In this document: positions 36,355 through 48,085 of the stretch, in pieces
Layout of the letters: every line of letters begins with the position of its first letter
How positions within the stretch are numbered: the stretch's first letter is position 1
Assembly (NCBI RefSeq): GCF_006345805.1
Contig: NC_042997.1
Coordinates: 75,516,001 to 75,580,000, forward strand
Length of the DNA: 64,000 nucleotides
Reading direction: 5' to 3'
Source: Octopus sinensis
Lineage: Eukaryota
Program-made: the position numbers and the translations under genes
Notes under the pieces: generated by a model
The model's input: the letters and a program-made list of their open reading frames with translations, nothing else
Database searches by the model: none
What the model was told of the DNA's origin: nothing

Positions 36355-36984
36355 TAGTACATTACAAGCAAATAATGAATGTTAAGGTCACAAAGAATAA
36401 CATATTGTCAGGTAGGTTCTCAATGAACTTACTGACTCCAAAGATTGCAAGATCATTCCAGAACCTAACATGAATGCAGAATGAAGGTAATGGTATAGTA
36501 GTGCAGGGTAGGAAACCATATTGCTGCAAAAACCACTTGAGGGATCTTTGCTCACTGGAGCACCAAAGACAAAAGTAAAGGAATCAGCAGTAGAAGCATT
36601 CACAGCAAATTCTAGAAATTATTGACCTCCATTTTACAGTATACAAAATTGTACAATCATGGAAGAATTGTTGGCCAGTCTAGTCGAGTTGCAAAAACAG
36701 CAACAACAACAACTGCTACAGTTAATGAATAGTAAGTTGTCAAAAGATGCTGGAAAGATATTCTCACCAGATTATGTTGCAAACTCAACAATGGAATTTA
36801 AGTATGACTCAGATGAAGGTGTTACCTTCAAGGTTTATTATAGAAGATAGGAATAAATCTCCAATAAAGAGTGCAAGGATTGGGATGACAATATGAAAAC
36901 ACATCTAATCTTAAGAAAGCTGGTAGTAGGAGAACATGAGCATTACAGCAATTACATACTCTCAAAAAAATTACATACTCTCAA

Positions 36985-38017
36985 AAAAAAAAAGTTGTCT
37001 AATGCCTGGAAAATGTGCTAGTCAGTCAGTGCAAGGTCTGGTGAGTATGGTGGATGACAGAGTACTTCCAAGTTCAGTTCCTGTAACTTGAGTACTGTTT
37101 TTTGTGCAACATGTGGTCAAGCATTGTCTTGCAAGAGAATTGGCCTGTCTCTATTGACCAATCTCATTGTTCAGTTGCAAGTTCACTCATCATTTCATCC
37201 AGTTGGTTGACGTATACATCCACTGTAATTGACTTATCAGGTCTCATGAAGCTATTGTGAATGACACCAGTACTGCACCACCAAACAGACATTAGCTTTT
37301 TTGGTGAATATTCTTATTTTGGATTGTGTTTTGGCATTTTCATCTCTATCCAACGAACATGCAGAACTCTTGCTATTGTTGAAAAGAATCCATTTTTCAT
37401 CACACATAAAGCAATGCAAAAATGGTTCACTTTTATACTGTGACAGCAAAGAACAGCAAGTTCCAAGACAAATCATTTGATGGTCATTCAATTTGTGTGG
37501 TGCCCACTTCTCCAGCTTCTTTACCTTGCCGATTTGTTTCAGATGGTCGAATACAGTTGGAATCAAAACATCAAACCTTGCTGCTAACTCATGCATAGTT
37601 TGAGATGTATCCGCATCCACTACAGTTTCCTGCTCATCATTATCCACCTTGGTCTCAGGTCTACCACAAGGCTGATTTTCAAGAGTAAAGTCACCAGACT
37701 GAAACATCTTAAATCATCGGTGTACAGTGCTCTCATTTGCTGCGGCTTCACCAAACACCTCATTGATGTTTCAAGTTGTCAAGAATGTGTTGGTTCCACG
37801 ACGGAACTCATATTCATAAAGAACGTGAATTTTTGATCTATCAATGGGTTCACAAAAATTGATTTACAAGAGAAAACTCAGAATATAATCAGACACCATG
37901 AATTGCATTTCAAAAAGTGATGATGTAAAAGAAAGAATTATCAGTATAAAACTTTAGTGTTAATGACTGTTAAACTTGGTGCATAAGAAAATCAGACATT
38001 TCATTTTTAATGACCTA
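36985..38017 (-). mobile_element. 3'-truncated mariner inserted in Gypsy gag
   Basis: FQSGDFTLENQPCGRP..WAPHKL..CDEKW, plus DN and SPDLA remnants. 5' TIR TAGGTCATTAAAAATG. Confidence 0.85.
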
Positions 38018-38756
38018 TATATCCATAAGCCAGAATTAAGTAAATCTACAAAAGTAGCACATGATGTTACAGGTAAGTGATTGTATTTTGTAGGTGAATT
38101 TGTGTGTAATATGATATTTTGTGACCAAATGAAAAAGGTAAAAGTATATGTGTCAAAAAATTTAGTTAATCTGTGAACCTATTCATATTGTGGAATATGT
38201 CTGTGTTTTGTGTGAGAATATAGTCATTTCAGTCAAAGGTTCGAATGCAGCTGAGAGATTGAAATGAAAGATAAAACATTTATTTGCAGATGATAAAGTG
38301 GGTTGCTGCATGAAAATAAAGGCAAAAATTGTAGTAAACCAAAGTGCAAGCCAAAACAGAATGTACTGTTCGTGGCACTAGAACACGTAAATAAGGAACT
38401 TGAAAGACCTGAATACCTAAGAATAACCAAGAAGACAGACCACTCAGATTGGGCAGCATGTACACTCTATGTAAAAAAGAAAAAAAATAAGTCAAGAGTT
38501 TGTGCAGATTTTTCAACAGGGTTGAATGATTGCTTAATCTCCCTTAACTACCCATTACCAAGTCCTGAGGAAGTGTTCACAAAATTGAATAGAGGGAAAT
38601 TCTTCTTGGAATTAGACCTCTCAGAGGAATATTTACAAATCCGAGTAGAAGAAGAATGCTCACACTTATTAACCATTAATATACACATAGCTTATTTAAA
38701 TTTAAGCGGCTTCCCTTTGGTGTAAAAGTGGCTCCTTCCATATTTCAGCAAATACT

Positions 38757-39932
38757 TGATACATAGCTTCCGTTATCTAGGTGACCAAGTCAGTAGTGAA
38801 GGCGGGTGTGCTGAAAGTGTAGCTGCTAGAATAAGAATAGCTTGGGCAAAGTTCAGAGAGCTCTTACCTCTGCCGGTGACAAAGGGCCTCTCACTCAGAG
38901 TAAAAGGTAGACTGTGTGATGCATGTGTACGAACAGCCATGCTACATGGCAGTGAAACATGGGCTGTGACTGCTAAGGACATGCGTAAGCTCGCAAGGAA
39001 TGAAGCCAGTATGATCCAATGGATGTGTAATGTCAGTGTGCATACTCGACAGAGTGTAAGTATCCTGAGAGAAAAGATGAACCTAAGAAGCATTAGATGT
39101 GGTGTGCAAGAGAGACGACTGCGCTGGTATGGTCATGTGGCAAGAATGGATGAGGATAGCTGCGTGAAAATGTGCCACACCCTAGCGGTTGAGGGAACCT
39201 GTGGAAGAGGTAGACACAGGAAGACCTGAGATGAAGTGGTGAAGCACGACCTTCGAACATTAGGCCTCACCAAGGAAATGACTAGCAACCGAGACCTTTG
39301 GAAATATGCTGTGCTCGAGAAGACCTGGCAAGCCAAATGAGACCATAACCTGTGGCCTATGCCAGGAGCGTAACCAGCCCGCTTATGCGTACCTTTCCTT
39401 CTTTGGTCACTAAACTCTACTTCCAAAGACCTGTTGAGGCAAGTGAAATCAAAATCAATTCGATGACTGGCATTCGTGCTAGTGGGGTGCAAAGAATGCC
39501 ATACGAGTGTGATCGTTGACAGAGTGGCTATTCGAGTATGAACATTACCAGCATCGCCTTACTGGCACTTATGCCTGTGCTAGTAGTGTGCCAAGAGCAC
39601 CATCCGAGCGTGATCGTTGCCAGAGCAGCCAACTGGCTTCCGTACCCGTGGCACATAAAAGGGCACCATTCGAGCATGATTGTTACCAACGTCGCTTCAC
39701 TGGCACGTGTAAAAAGATTCGAGCGAGGTCGTTGCCAGTACCGCCTGACTGGCACGTAAAACGCACCCATTACACTCTCGGAGTGGTTGGTGTTACGAAG
39801 GGCATCCAGCTGTAGAAACTCTGCCAGATCAAGAGTGGAGCCTGGTGCAGCCATCTGGCTCACCAGCCCTCAGTCAAATTGTCCAACCCATGCTAGCATG
39901 GAAAGCGGACGTTAAATGATGATGATGATGAT
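38757..39932 (+). mobile_element. 5'-truncated RTE inserted in Gypsy RT
   Basis: SFRYLGDQVSSEGG..AMLHGSETW, 3'UTR and (GAT)n tail. Gypsy reading FQQILDT resumes as MLGDCDFAITYLDD. Confidence 0.92.
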
Positions 39933-42069
39933 AATGCTGGGTGACTGTGATTTTGCTATCACCTATTTAGACGATATCCTAATAAAAAGCGAATCATATG
40001 AACATGTTGATCACATAAGGAAGGTATTCGAAAAGATAAGAGAATATGTTTTTAAGTTAAGTGAAGAAAAATGCGAATTCGTTCTAAAAAAATTAATTAC
40101 TTGGGCCAGATAATAGATAAAAACGAACAGAAACTGGATTCATCCAGAGCAACTGCAATAAAAAATATGCCCATGCCAAATAATGTGACTACGCTACAAG
40201 CATTCTTGGGTTTAGTAAATTACTATCAAATTTAGATTCTCAATATACACAATGTAAGGGCCATGCTAAATGATTTATCAAACAAAAACGCAAAATGGTG
40301 CTGGACTGATAAGTGTCAGAAGACATTTGACAAATTAAAAAAACATTTTAACATCAAACTTATTGTTAATGCATTTTGATCTGAAATAGGATATTATATT
40401 GGCTACAGATGCAAGTGATTATGCTCCTGCACGAATATGACAATGGGTGTAAAAAGACTATAGCTCATGTGTCATGATCATTATTACCAGCCAAAATGAA
40501 CTATAGTCAAACAGAAAAGGAAGCATTAGTAATCATATTTTGTGTGAAAAAATTCCATAGGATTATTTATGGAAGAAGTTTGTCCACAAGCAGACCATTG
40601 CCCTCACTACTGGTATTCCTACAAAAGGAATACCAACACAGCAAATAGACTACAGTAATGGGGCATTACATTATTGAATTATGATTACAAAATGGAATAT
40701 TTATGGTCAAAAAAACTAGGGCATGCGGATGGTTTGTCCAGACTGATACTAAAACACTGCAAGTCATTCAAAGATAGGTTAATCACAGCTTTAAGAGTAG
40801 AAGGAGAAATAAAGAATGTAATGAAGAATTTGGTACACAAATTACCGGCAACCCTTGAAGACATAAAATGAAATGCAGAAAATGACAAATTTATAACAGA
40901 AATGAAAAGAATATTGTGGACAAGAAAAGTAAATAGGAGCAGGATTGGTGCAAAATGAAACCAAGATGTGAACCTATACTCAATTTCTGATGGTGTGCTG
41001 ATGTATGCACAGAAAGCAGTAGTACCTGAAACACTGTGAAAGAAAATGTTGAGGGAATTCTATGTTGGACATCCTGGTATTTCAAGGATGAAAGCTTTTA
41101 TGTGTAGTTACATGTACTGGCCAAAACTGGAAAATTTAGTGAAATGCTGCAGAGGATGTGCTCTAGCAACTAAATTACTGGCAATAAAAAATGAACATTT
41201 GCCAAAAGTAGATGTTCCATGATTGAGACTACACATTGATTTCACTGGTCCTTTAAATGGTTCATACTACTTAGTGGTAGTTGATAGTTTCTCTAAATGA
41301 GCAGAAATTTGTAAGTGTAAAGAGCCAACCAGCTGTGACAAACTTTCTGCATAAACTGTTTGCAAGATTTGGCATCCCGGGCGCAATAGTGTCTGACAAT
41401 AGAACACAATTTCTGTCTTTTGAGTTTAAAAAGTTTTGTAAAACATTCACTGTAGAACATGTAACTATGGCACCATATCATCCCAGATCTAACAGACAAG
41501 CAGAACACTTTGTTGATATGTTCAAAAGAGCCCTAAGAAAGTCAAATAAAGAAGTCACGGATGAGGTAGCTCTACAACAATTCTTAAGAGTATACCATGT
41601 GGCACCAAATCCAAACATACCAGTATGTATGTCACCAGCAGAGCTGATGTTTGCAAGGAAAATAAAATCGGTTTTTGACAAATTACTAATCCTGGTAAGA
41701 AAAGAAAAATTGCAATGGGAAATACAGCAAGATATTTCAAAATTGGTGAAAATGTATTTTTAGGGCTTATAAGAATGGAAAACAAAGTTGGGAAGATGGC
41801 ATGATTGCCAAAGGAGTATACAAGAGACACATGAACCAACTGAATAAAAATTTGTTGAGAGTGAACCCAAGAGAATGGAAGAACCAATGGAATGTTTATA
41901 TGATACTTTTCAAGTACCAATGCCACTACAAATAATCGAACCTAGATGCACAAACAAAAAGAAAAGAAAATATCTGTAGTTCCTGGAAGTGGATGCTGAA
42001 CGAAAAATATATTAAATTTGTAACTGGATGAAAAAAAAGGAGAAAAAGACTCAAAAAAGGGAGGTGGGG

Positions 42070-42424
42070 TGATGTAAAAATTATTGCTAATAAAGAGAAA
42101 TAAAATTACACTCCCTAAAAATAGAAAAACTTGAAATGGAAATGTTATGGAGATAATTGTAATAATGGAGCACCCTTCCCATATGATGAGTGGAATGTGC
42201 TAGTCATTATAAATACTATGACGTAGGAAGTCGAGAAATACATCTACTAGTTGTGTCTTACTTGTCTAACTAACTATACTGCTGTACCAGAGCGGGCATT
42301 ATAAGAGCCCAACAGAGGATCACAACACAAGCTAAAACAAGAATATCTAGAGGACACAAGAGCTGTTTTTTGTCTCATTGCATACAAAAGCTGTTGATAG
42401 AAACTATATTTATCTCTTATGACA
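42070..42424 (+). repeat. Putative 3' LTR (TG...CA) after a polypurine tract
   Basis: AAAAAAGGGAGGTGGGG|TGATGT ... ATGACA. No partner LTR is present to confirm the 3' end. Confidence 0.5.
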
Positions 42425-43516
42425 TGTTCATTATTTTTATTCAAATTTTTGAATTGTCTTTGTATAATGCTCCTCATTTTGATATAAGTGCCTCATTCAT
42501 TTCCATGTATTTCTATATGCCCACTAGTTTTTAATGTTATATATTTTGAATACATGAATGAAAGTGAAAGTAATCCGCTTCAGTGGGAAAATAGTAATCA
42601 TCATTATTTTATGAGTGTAACTCATTACCTTACAAAGATAGCTTGTAGACCAATTAATATGATGCTGCTAGAACTTAATGTTACTCTAACAGTGTACAGT
42701 AAAGAGAAACAAGATATCTTAGTTCTCATATCTGTCTGCATGCTCAACCAATAACAATATGATACAACACTAAGTTTCCCAAACTCCTTGAAGGAATCTT
42801 TACACAGTTGTTTGAACAGCTAGTAATAAGCAGTCAAATCAACATAAAATCATACCTTACCATCTCAAAAAAAAAAAAGCGCAAGAGACACACTAAATAA
42901 TGCAACCCTAGCTACTTCAAAAAGGATTTTAGGGTTATACAACAGAAACACTTCACTAATGAAAGAGTTTCCATGCAATCATGGCTGGAATACTATTGTT
43001 TATAGGTCTGCTTGATCAGATCTGATCTAGAGCTAGACAAGAATGCTTAATTACTAGAATGCTAATATGAACTTAACTTAATTTCAGAAATCTATGAGTT
43101 CACCTTTGTTAAGTGCTATATCACCTTTAGCATCCCACCTAATTCACATGAGATTCTTTTCGTTTTTCTTTTTATGGTTTAATCAGAGGAGGAAGGTAGC
43201 ACTTATGATTTTAGGATTTATGTAGAACCTTTGAAACTGGTGGAGGAAAAAAGAGAAATAACCCACAACTCTACTAAAGGCAACCAAAACCAAGATGCAG
43301 TGTTAAACTGTGACAAATTACATCCAATCCCTAACTACACTTATTAACTAACTTGTATACAAACCATATTAGTTAACTATTGATTGTCTCATAAATAAGT
43401 GCAGTTTTGTACTTTAACTATTGTTCAATTAACCATAGTTGAAAAGGTTTTCTTTAGTTAATGACCTCTTAATTGCATATTTAAATGATCATTATAATTC
43501 TGCTTTCTTTCCCCAG

Positions 43517-43604
43517 TGAAATGAATCTTTTGATTGCTGCTCATATGTCGGACCAAATTCTGGAAGAAGTTATTGAATCATTATCAAAGAGTCACAAAAA
43601 ATTG
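43517..43604 (+). CDS. Candidate exon (EMNLLIAAHMSDQILEEVIESLSKSHKKL)
   Basis: Acceptor TTTCTTTCCCCAG| and donor TTG|GTTAGT. 29 open codons in unique sequence. Confidence 0.5.
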
Positions 43605-43819
43605 GTTAGTTGAAAATATTTTCTTCTTTGAAAAAGAATCCAATTACCTCTCACAATGTTGAATTGAAATTAACCCTCTTTTTTAAATATGTTTACTATA
43701 GTAGTGATGGATGTAACATTAAAGAGTATGATCTCTGTCTAGTTTGAGCTTTAAATCCTGCTGTCATAGCCATTGCTTTTTATTTCATAATTTTTCATAA
43801 AATACTATATTTAATTAAG

Positions 43820-44027
43820 TTAACCCTTTAGCATTTAAACTGGCCATATCTAGCCCAAATATTCTACCTTTTATGTTAAAACTGGCCAGATCCAGGCTCT
43901 CATATCTACCTTACAATGTCAATCTAAAATTAAGGAATCATATCATTGAAATCTCAAAGCTACACGATAAAGCATGATTAATTCAAAACAATATAATAAA
44001 TTACATTTCCCTGAGTAATCTTCATTA
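43820..44027 (+). mobile_element. piggyBac-like MITE, right end damaged
   Basis: TTAA|CCCTTTAGC start. Homologous to 55091-55579. Confidence 0.6.
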
Positions 44028-44395
44028 ATACAAAACAACCATTTGCCACATTCAAATAGTAATTATTTACTATTGGACCTTGTTACAGATTTTGTTCATT
44101 TTTGTGAATGTATTGTATTTGAGAAGGATTTTGGTTTACATGGTTGGAATTGAATAAAACTATAAAGCTCCAGAATTGTTATCTGGGTGTATATGTTTGT
44201 GGTTATGGTTGTATGATTAAAAAGCTCACTTTGCAACCACATGGTTTTGAATTCCAGGACAACCAATGCCTTGTGATTGAATTTGGTCGGTGAAAACTTT
44301 ATTGGAGCCCATTGTGTGTGTGTGTGTGTGTGTCTATATATACATACCTACATATATACATACATACATACATACATACTCTGGTATATATTTAT

Positions 44396-44451
<56 letters not shown>

Positions 44452-44484
44452 TCAAAATAAGCAACAAGAATATCTCCGGTAATT

Positions 44485-44568
44485 TGGTACAATCATTTCA
44501 CGCTACATCATTTTATTAAATATTGTAAATATTACAACAGTTTTAAAATGTTGAGCAATCATCAGCCA
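44485..44568 (-). ncRNA. HHR-like motif in the inverted pLTR
   Basis: TGG-CTGATGA-T-TGCT..AGCG-T-GAA-ATGATTGT-A-CCA. Stem III is eroded by CG>TG-type changes. Confidence 0.4.
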
Positions 44569-44731
44569 TTTATAGATAATAATAATAGAATTTCTTTTAT
44601 CCAATTTGACATTAACAATTACTATTCCAGCATATCCCCCATTCTACTTAATAAATCACTCATTTTTGCTAAGAACCTCTCTCTCATAACTAGGGAAGAA
44701 ATTGACATCATTAATGGGAAACCTCTATAAA

Positions 44732-44806
44732 TGGCTGATGATTGCTCAACATTTTAAAACTGTTGTAATATTTAATAAAATGATGTAGCGTGAAACGATC
44801 GTACTA
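44732..44806 (+). ncRNA. HHR-like motif in pLTR
   Basis: TGG-CTGATGA-T-TGCT..AGCG-T-GAA-ACGATCGT-A-CTA. Palindromic stem III, short stem I. Confidence 0.55.
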
Positions 44807-46039
44807 AATTACCGAAGATACTCTTGTTGCTTATTTTGATTATAATCACACCATGGATTTATATGGATAACACAATACAAAGTTCTGGTGCATCTAACTT
44901 CATCTGAATCTAAATTTTGCTGAACTTATATATATATGAGCTAGGAGAACTATCATCGAATTTGAAGGAAAATTATGGACTAGGGCTGATACCTCAAATA
45001 ATTTCGACATACCCATGGGCAGAGATAACTAATTTAGTAGGGGTGTATTTATTAAAACGCATAAGTAGGGAAATCCCAGAATTACAAGGAGGTTTATATA
45101 GAGATGATGCTTTGTTTATTGTACCTAGTAAGAATAAATCAAAAATTGAGAGAATAAGAAAGAAAATTGGTAAATTTTTCAAAGATTTCAACTTAGGTAT
45201 TACCTATGAACATAACACCAAGATAGTGAATTTCCTAGACGTTACTTTAGACTTAAATTCAAAGTTATATCACCCATTTAGAAAAGAAGGTGAGATTACC
45301 AGATACATAAACAAATTATCTAATCACACCCCCCCCCCCTAATATACTAAAATCAATAGTGAAAAATATCTCTCAGAGAATTTCAAAATTATCATCGAAT
45401 ATAGAAATTTTTGACTCCCACTCGCATCATTATAATGTTGCATTATCCAAGGCCGGATACGACCAAGAAATCACCTTCCTGGATCCTGATAACAAAAATC
45501 TCTTAAACGATGAAGTGAATGTAAATAGCTCAAATAATATAGAATCTCATACTCTAAATAAACATAAATCAATAGAAGAAAAGAACCTAGTATATAAACT
45601 CAATAATATGAATGAAAATAGTAAACAGATCATAAATAAATATGAAAATGTTAAACCAGATAAAATAAATGTAAATAATAACATAAAAATCTCTCCCACA
45701 AAGAAAAAACCTAATAAACATAAATATAAGACTGAAATGAATAATGACTCTCGTAAAAATATAGATAATATTAATCTTTCCCACTCTTACCCAAATAAAA
45801 AATGCAAAAGAAAAAATGTTATCTGGCTAAATATCCCCTTCAACTGTGCGATCTCTACGAATATATACAGTAGATTTATGTCTATTCTAGAAAAAAATTC
45901 CCAGCTTCCCATAAATATTATAAAATAATTTCTAAGAAATCAGTAAGAGTATTATATTCTACTCTTCCAAATATGGCTACCATAATAGCTAGACTAAATA
46001 GTAAAAATATAAAGTTAGCTAGAGATAGTATAAATAGTA

Positions 46040-46185
46040 ACAACAATAGTAATGGTAATAATAGTAATAATAAAAATAGCAATAATAATAATGATAATAA
46101 TAATAATAATAATAATGAGAATAATAATAATCATAATAACAACATTAATATAAATAGTGATAATAACAACATCAATAATATAGGT
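46040..46185 (+). repeat. (AAT)n tract within the PLE linker, encoding poly-Asn
   Basis: Seen directly; lies within ORF 45973-46203. Confidence 0.9.
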
Positions 46186-46515
46186 AGTGAAGATAGAATG
46201 TAGTAGGTGAGGATAGTGAGAATGGATTAATAACTAATAACCCCAGTTTACATAACAATATAACTACTGTTAGAGCAAATAACACTAATATTAATAATAA
46301 CTCGAGTAACGGAAATGAAAACGAATTGTCTATAAATAATACTAGTACCAGGAATCATCCCCCAAGTTGTAATTGTAGGATTAGATTGAAGTGTCCGGTA
46401 TCTGGCTGCTGTTTGGTCCGAAATGCAATTTATAAATGTACAATAGTGACTTCAAATAACAACTATCTTTATTTTGGTTGTTCGGTGGATTTTTAAAAAA
46501 ATGTTTAAACAATCA

Positions 46516-46584
46516 CCAGGTGGTGCTATTAAGTTAGACATGGCCTGGGCCAATAATGGCCGAAACCTATCAAAGTATCAAAGT
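46516..46584 (+). mobile_element. 69-bp mini-element, copy 2, with AATCA target-site duplication
   Basis: AATCA at 46511-46515 and 46585-46589. Removal restores KCLNNHFSSFRK in the GIY-YIG region. Confidence 0.85.
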
Positions 46585-47359
46585 AATCATTTTTCCTCCT
46601 TTAGGAAGCAGGTTGCACAACACTGTCTAGTAAAATTTGGGAACTGAAAAGGAATAATATAGAATTTGACCTGAAATGGGATGTAGTAAGAAAAGCGCGG
46701 CCTTATAAAAATAGTAGAGATGGTTGTGAACTTTGTTCTATGGAAACATATGAGATTTTAAATCATAGGAATAATACAAATCTGTTAAATAACCGTTCTG
46801 AACTAGGAGTATCTTGCATAGATCGCACAACCCATACGTTTAAATATTTCAAATAATGATATCGCGACCATTCCTAAATTTTTTCAAATTTCTAATTCTT
46901 TATAACTAATTATGAATGAATATACCATACTAGCCTTTAATTCAACATGCATAGATTACTAAAAAAACTTCATTGCATATTTAGAATTAAATTCTCACTT
47001 ATAATAACCATTTGACATTGACCAAGTTTTCTTGATACAAGATCTGTTTGCCAAATAGTAGTAAATAGCTCCTAGAGCATTATAACTCCTTCTCCACTTT
47101 TATTTCTTAATGAATAATTTCTGACATTTACTTAGCCCCATTTCTATAAATAGAAAACCCCTTTTGTCTCCTTCAACTGAATGTGCCTCGCAACCTTCTG
47201 GCAGTTCAAAATAACTTAAAGAACTCTTCAGTCATAAGATAAGCTCTACTACCTCAATGGTCTTAAAATTCAAATCAAGATCTTTATCTATATATCTACC
47301 TTCTCTATAATGTTATCAATTAATATGAAAATGATGTATTAATGGGAAACCTCTATAAA

Positions 47360-47434
47360 TGGCTGATGATTGCTCAACATTTTAAAACTGTTGTAATATT
47401 TAATAAAATTATGTAGCGTGAAACGATCGTACTA
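47360..47434 (+). ncRNA. HHR-like motif in the 3' pLTR
   Basis: Same fold as 44732-44806. Confidence 0.55.
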
Positions 47435-47656
47435 AATTACCGGAGATATTCTTGTTGCTTATTTTGATTATAATCACACCATGGATTTATATGGATAACA
47501 CCATACAAAGTTCTGGTGCATCTAACTTAAGTACCATATTCATCTGAATCTAAATTTTGCTGAACTTATATATATATATATACACCAGAGTAAGCACATA
47601 AATACGAAACATGGTGGAAAAAAATAGTAATCAAATACCTGAGATAGAGTAATATG

Positions 47657-47806
47657 CTTTATTAAAAAGCAGCAAAAATATCACAAAAACTGTTAATCAG
47701 AGTTTCACATTCCTGTTCGTTGGACAGTTTTGTTTAGAATCTAAACAAAATTGTCTGACGAACTCTGAGTAACAGTTTTGTGATATTTTTGCTGCTTTTT
47801 AATAAA

Positions 47807-47807
<1 letters not shown>
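47657..47807. repeat. Palindrome made of two inverted minimal HHR remnants
   Basis: Centre at 47739. Minus copy 47687-47730; plus copy 47748-47778. Confidence 0.8.
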
Positions 47808-47848
<41 letters not shown>

Positions 47849-47849
<1 letters not shown>

Positions 47850-48085
47850 ATATATGTATAAACAATTACAGTGTGGAAGGTGTTTATAAGCCATTTTAAG
47901 AAACACAAAAACCATTAGATTCACTTCACATTTAAATTTAATTTGTCAAAATATTTTCGTCGTTTTGAGACCACGACCTGTTTACTGACAAAATTCTGTG
48001 CTGCATTGAAGTGAATCTAACGGATTTCGTGTGTTTCTTAAATCGCTTATAAACATCTTCCATGCTGCAATTGTTTGCGTTTCAG
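47849..48085. repeat. Inverted repeat (~75-bp arms) enclosing a variant HHR-like fold at 47942-47992 (-)
   Basis: 47849-47925 versus 48008-48085. Fold: TTTGTCA-GTAAACA-G-GTCG..CGAC-GAA-AATATT-T-TGACAAA. Confidence 0.65.

Larger units (their letters stand above)
36659..42424 (+). mobile_element. Decayed Gypsy LTR retrotransposon (gag, RT, RNase H, integrase, 3' LTR), interrupted twice
   Basis: gag MEELL..TFKVYYRR. RT RVCADFSTGLND, YPLP and YLDD. RNase H ATDASDY. Integrase GHPG..C..C, IDF, DNRTQF. No 5' LTR seen. Confidence 0.88.
44453..47575 (+). mobile_element. Penelope-like element: inverted pLTR + direct pLTRs + RT + GIY-YIG
   Basis: FIQFDINNYY, FDIPMG, AEITNLVG, LYRDD, VNFLDVTL, CNCRI..CP..CLVRNAIYKC..YLYFG, CELCSMETYEI. 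pLTRs at ~44707-44935 and ~47335-47570; inverted copy at 44453-44575. Confidence 0.9.

Noticed and set aside
46516-46584. The 69-mer as an HDV-like or hammerhead ribozyme
   Set aside because: GGCC-N6-GGCC-GAAAC resembles HHR stem II plus GAAA, but only CTG precedes it (no ANGA) and there is no stem I. The HDV P3/P1.1 (CC) elements are missing.
47190-47250. CTGAAGA on the minus strand as another HHR
   Set aside because: The following GTTC/GAAC stem is not followed by GAAA.
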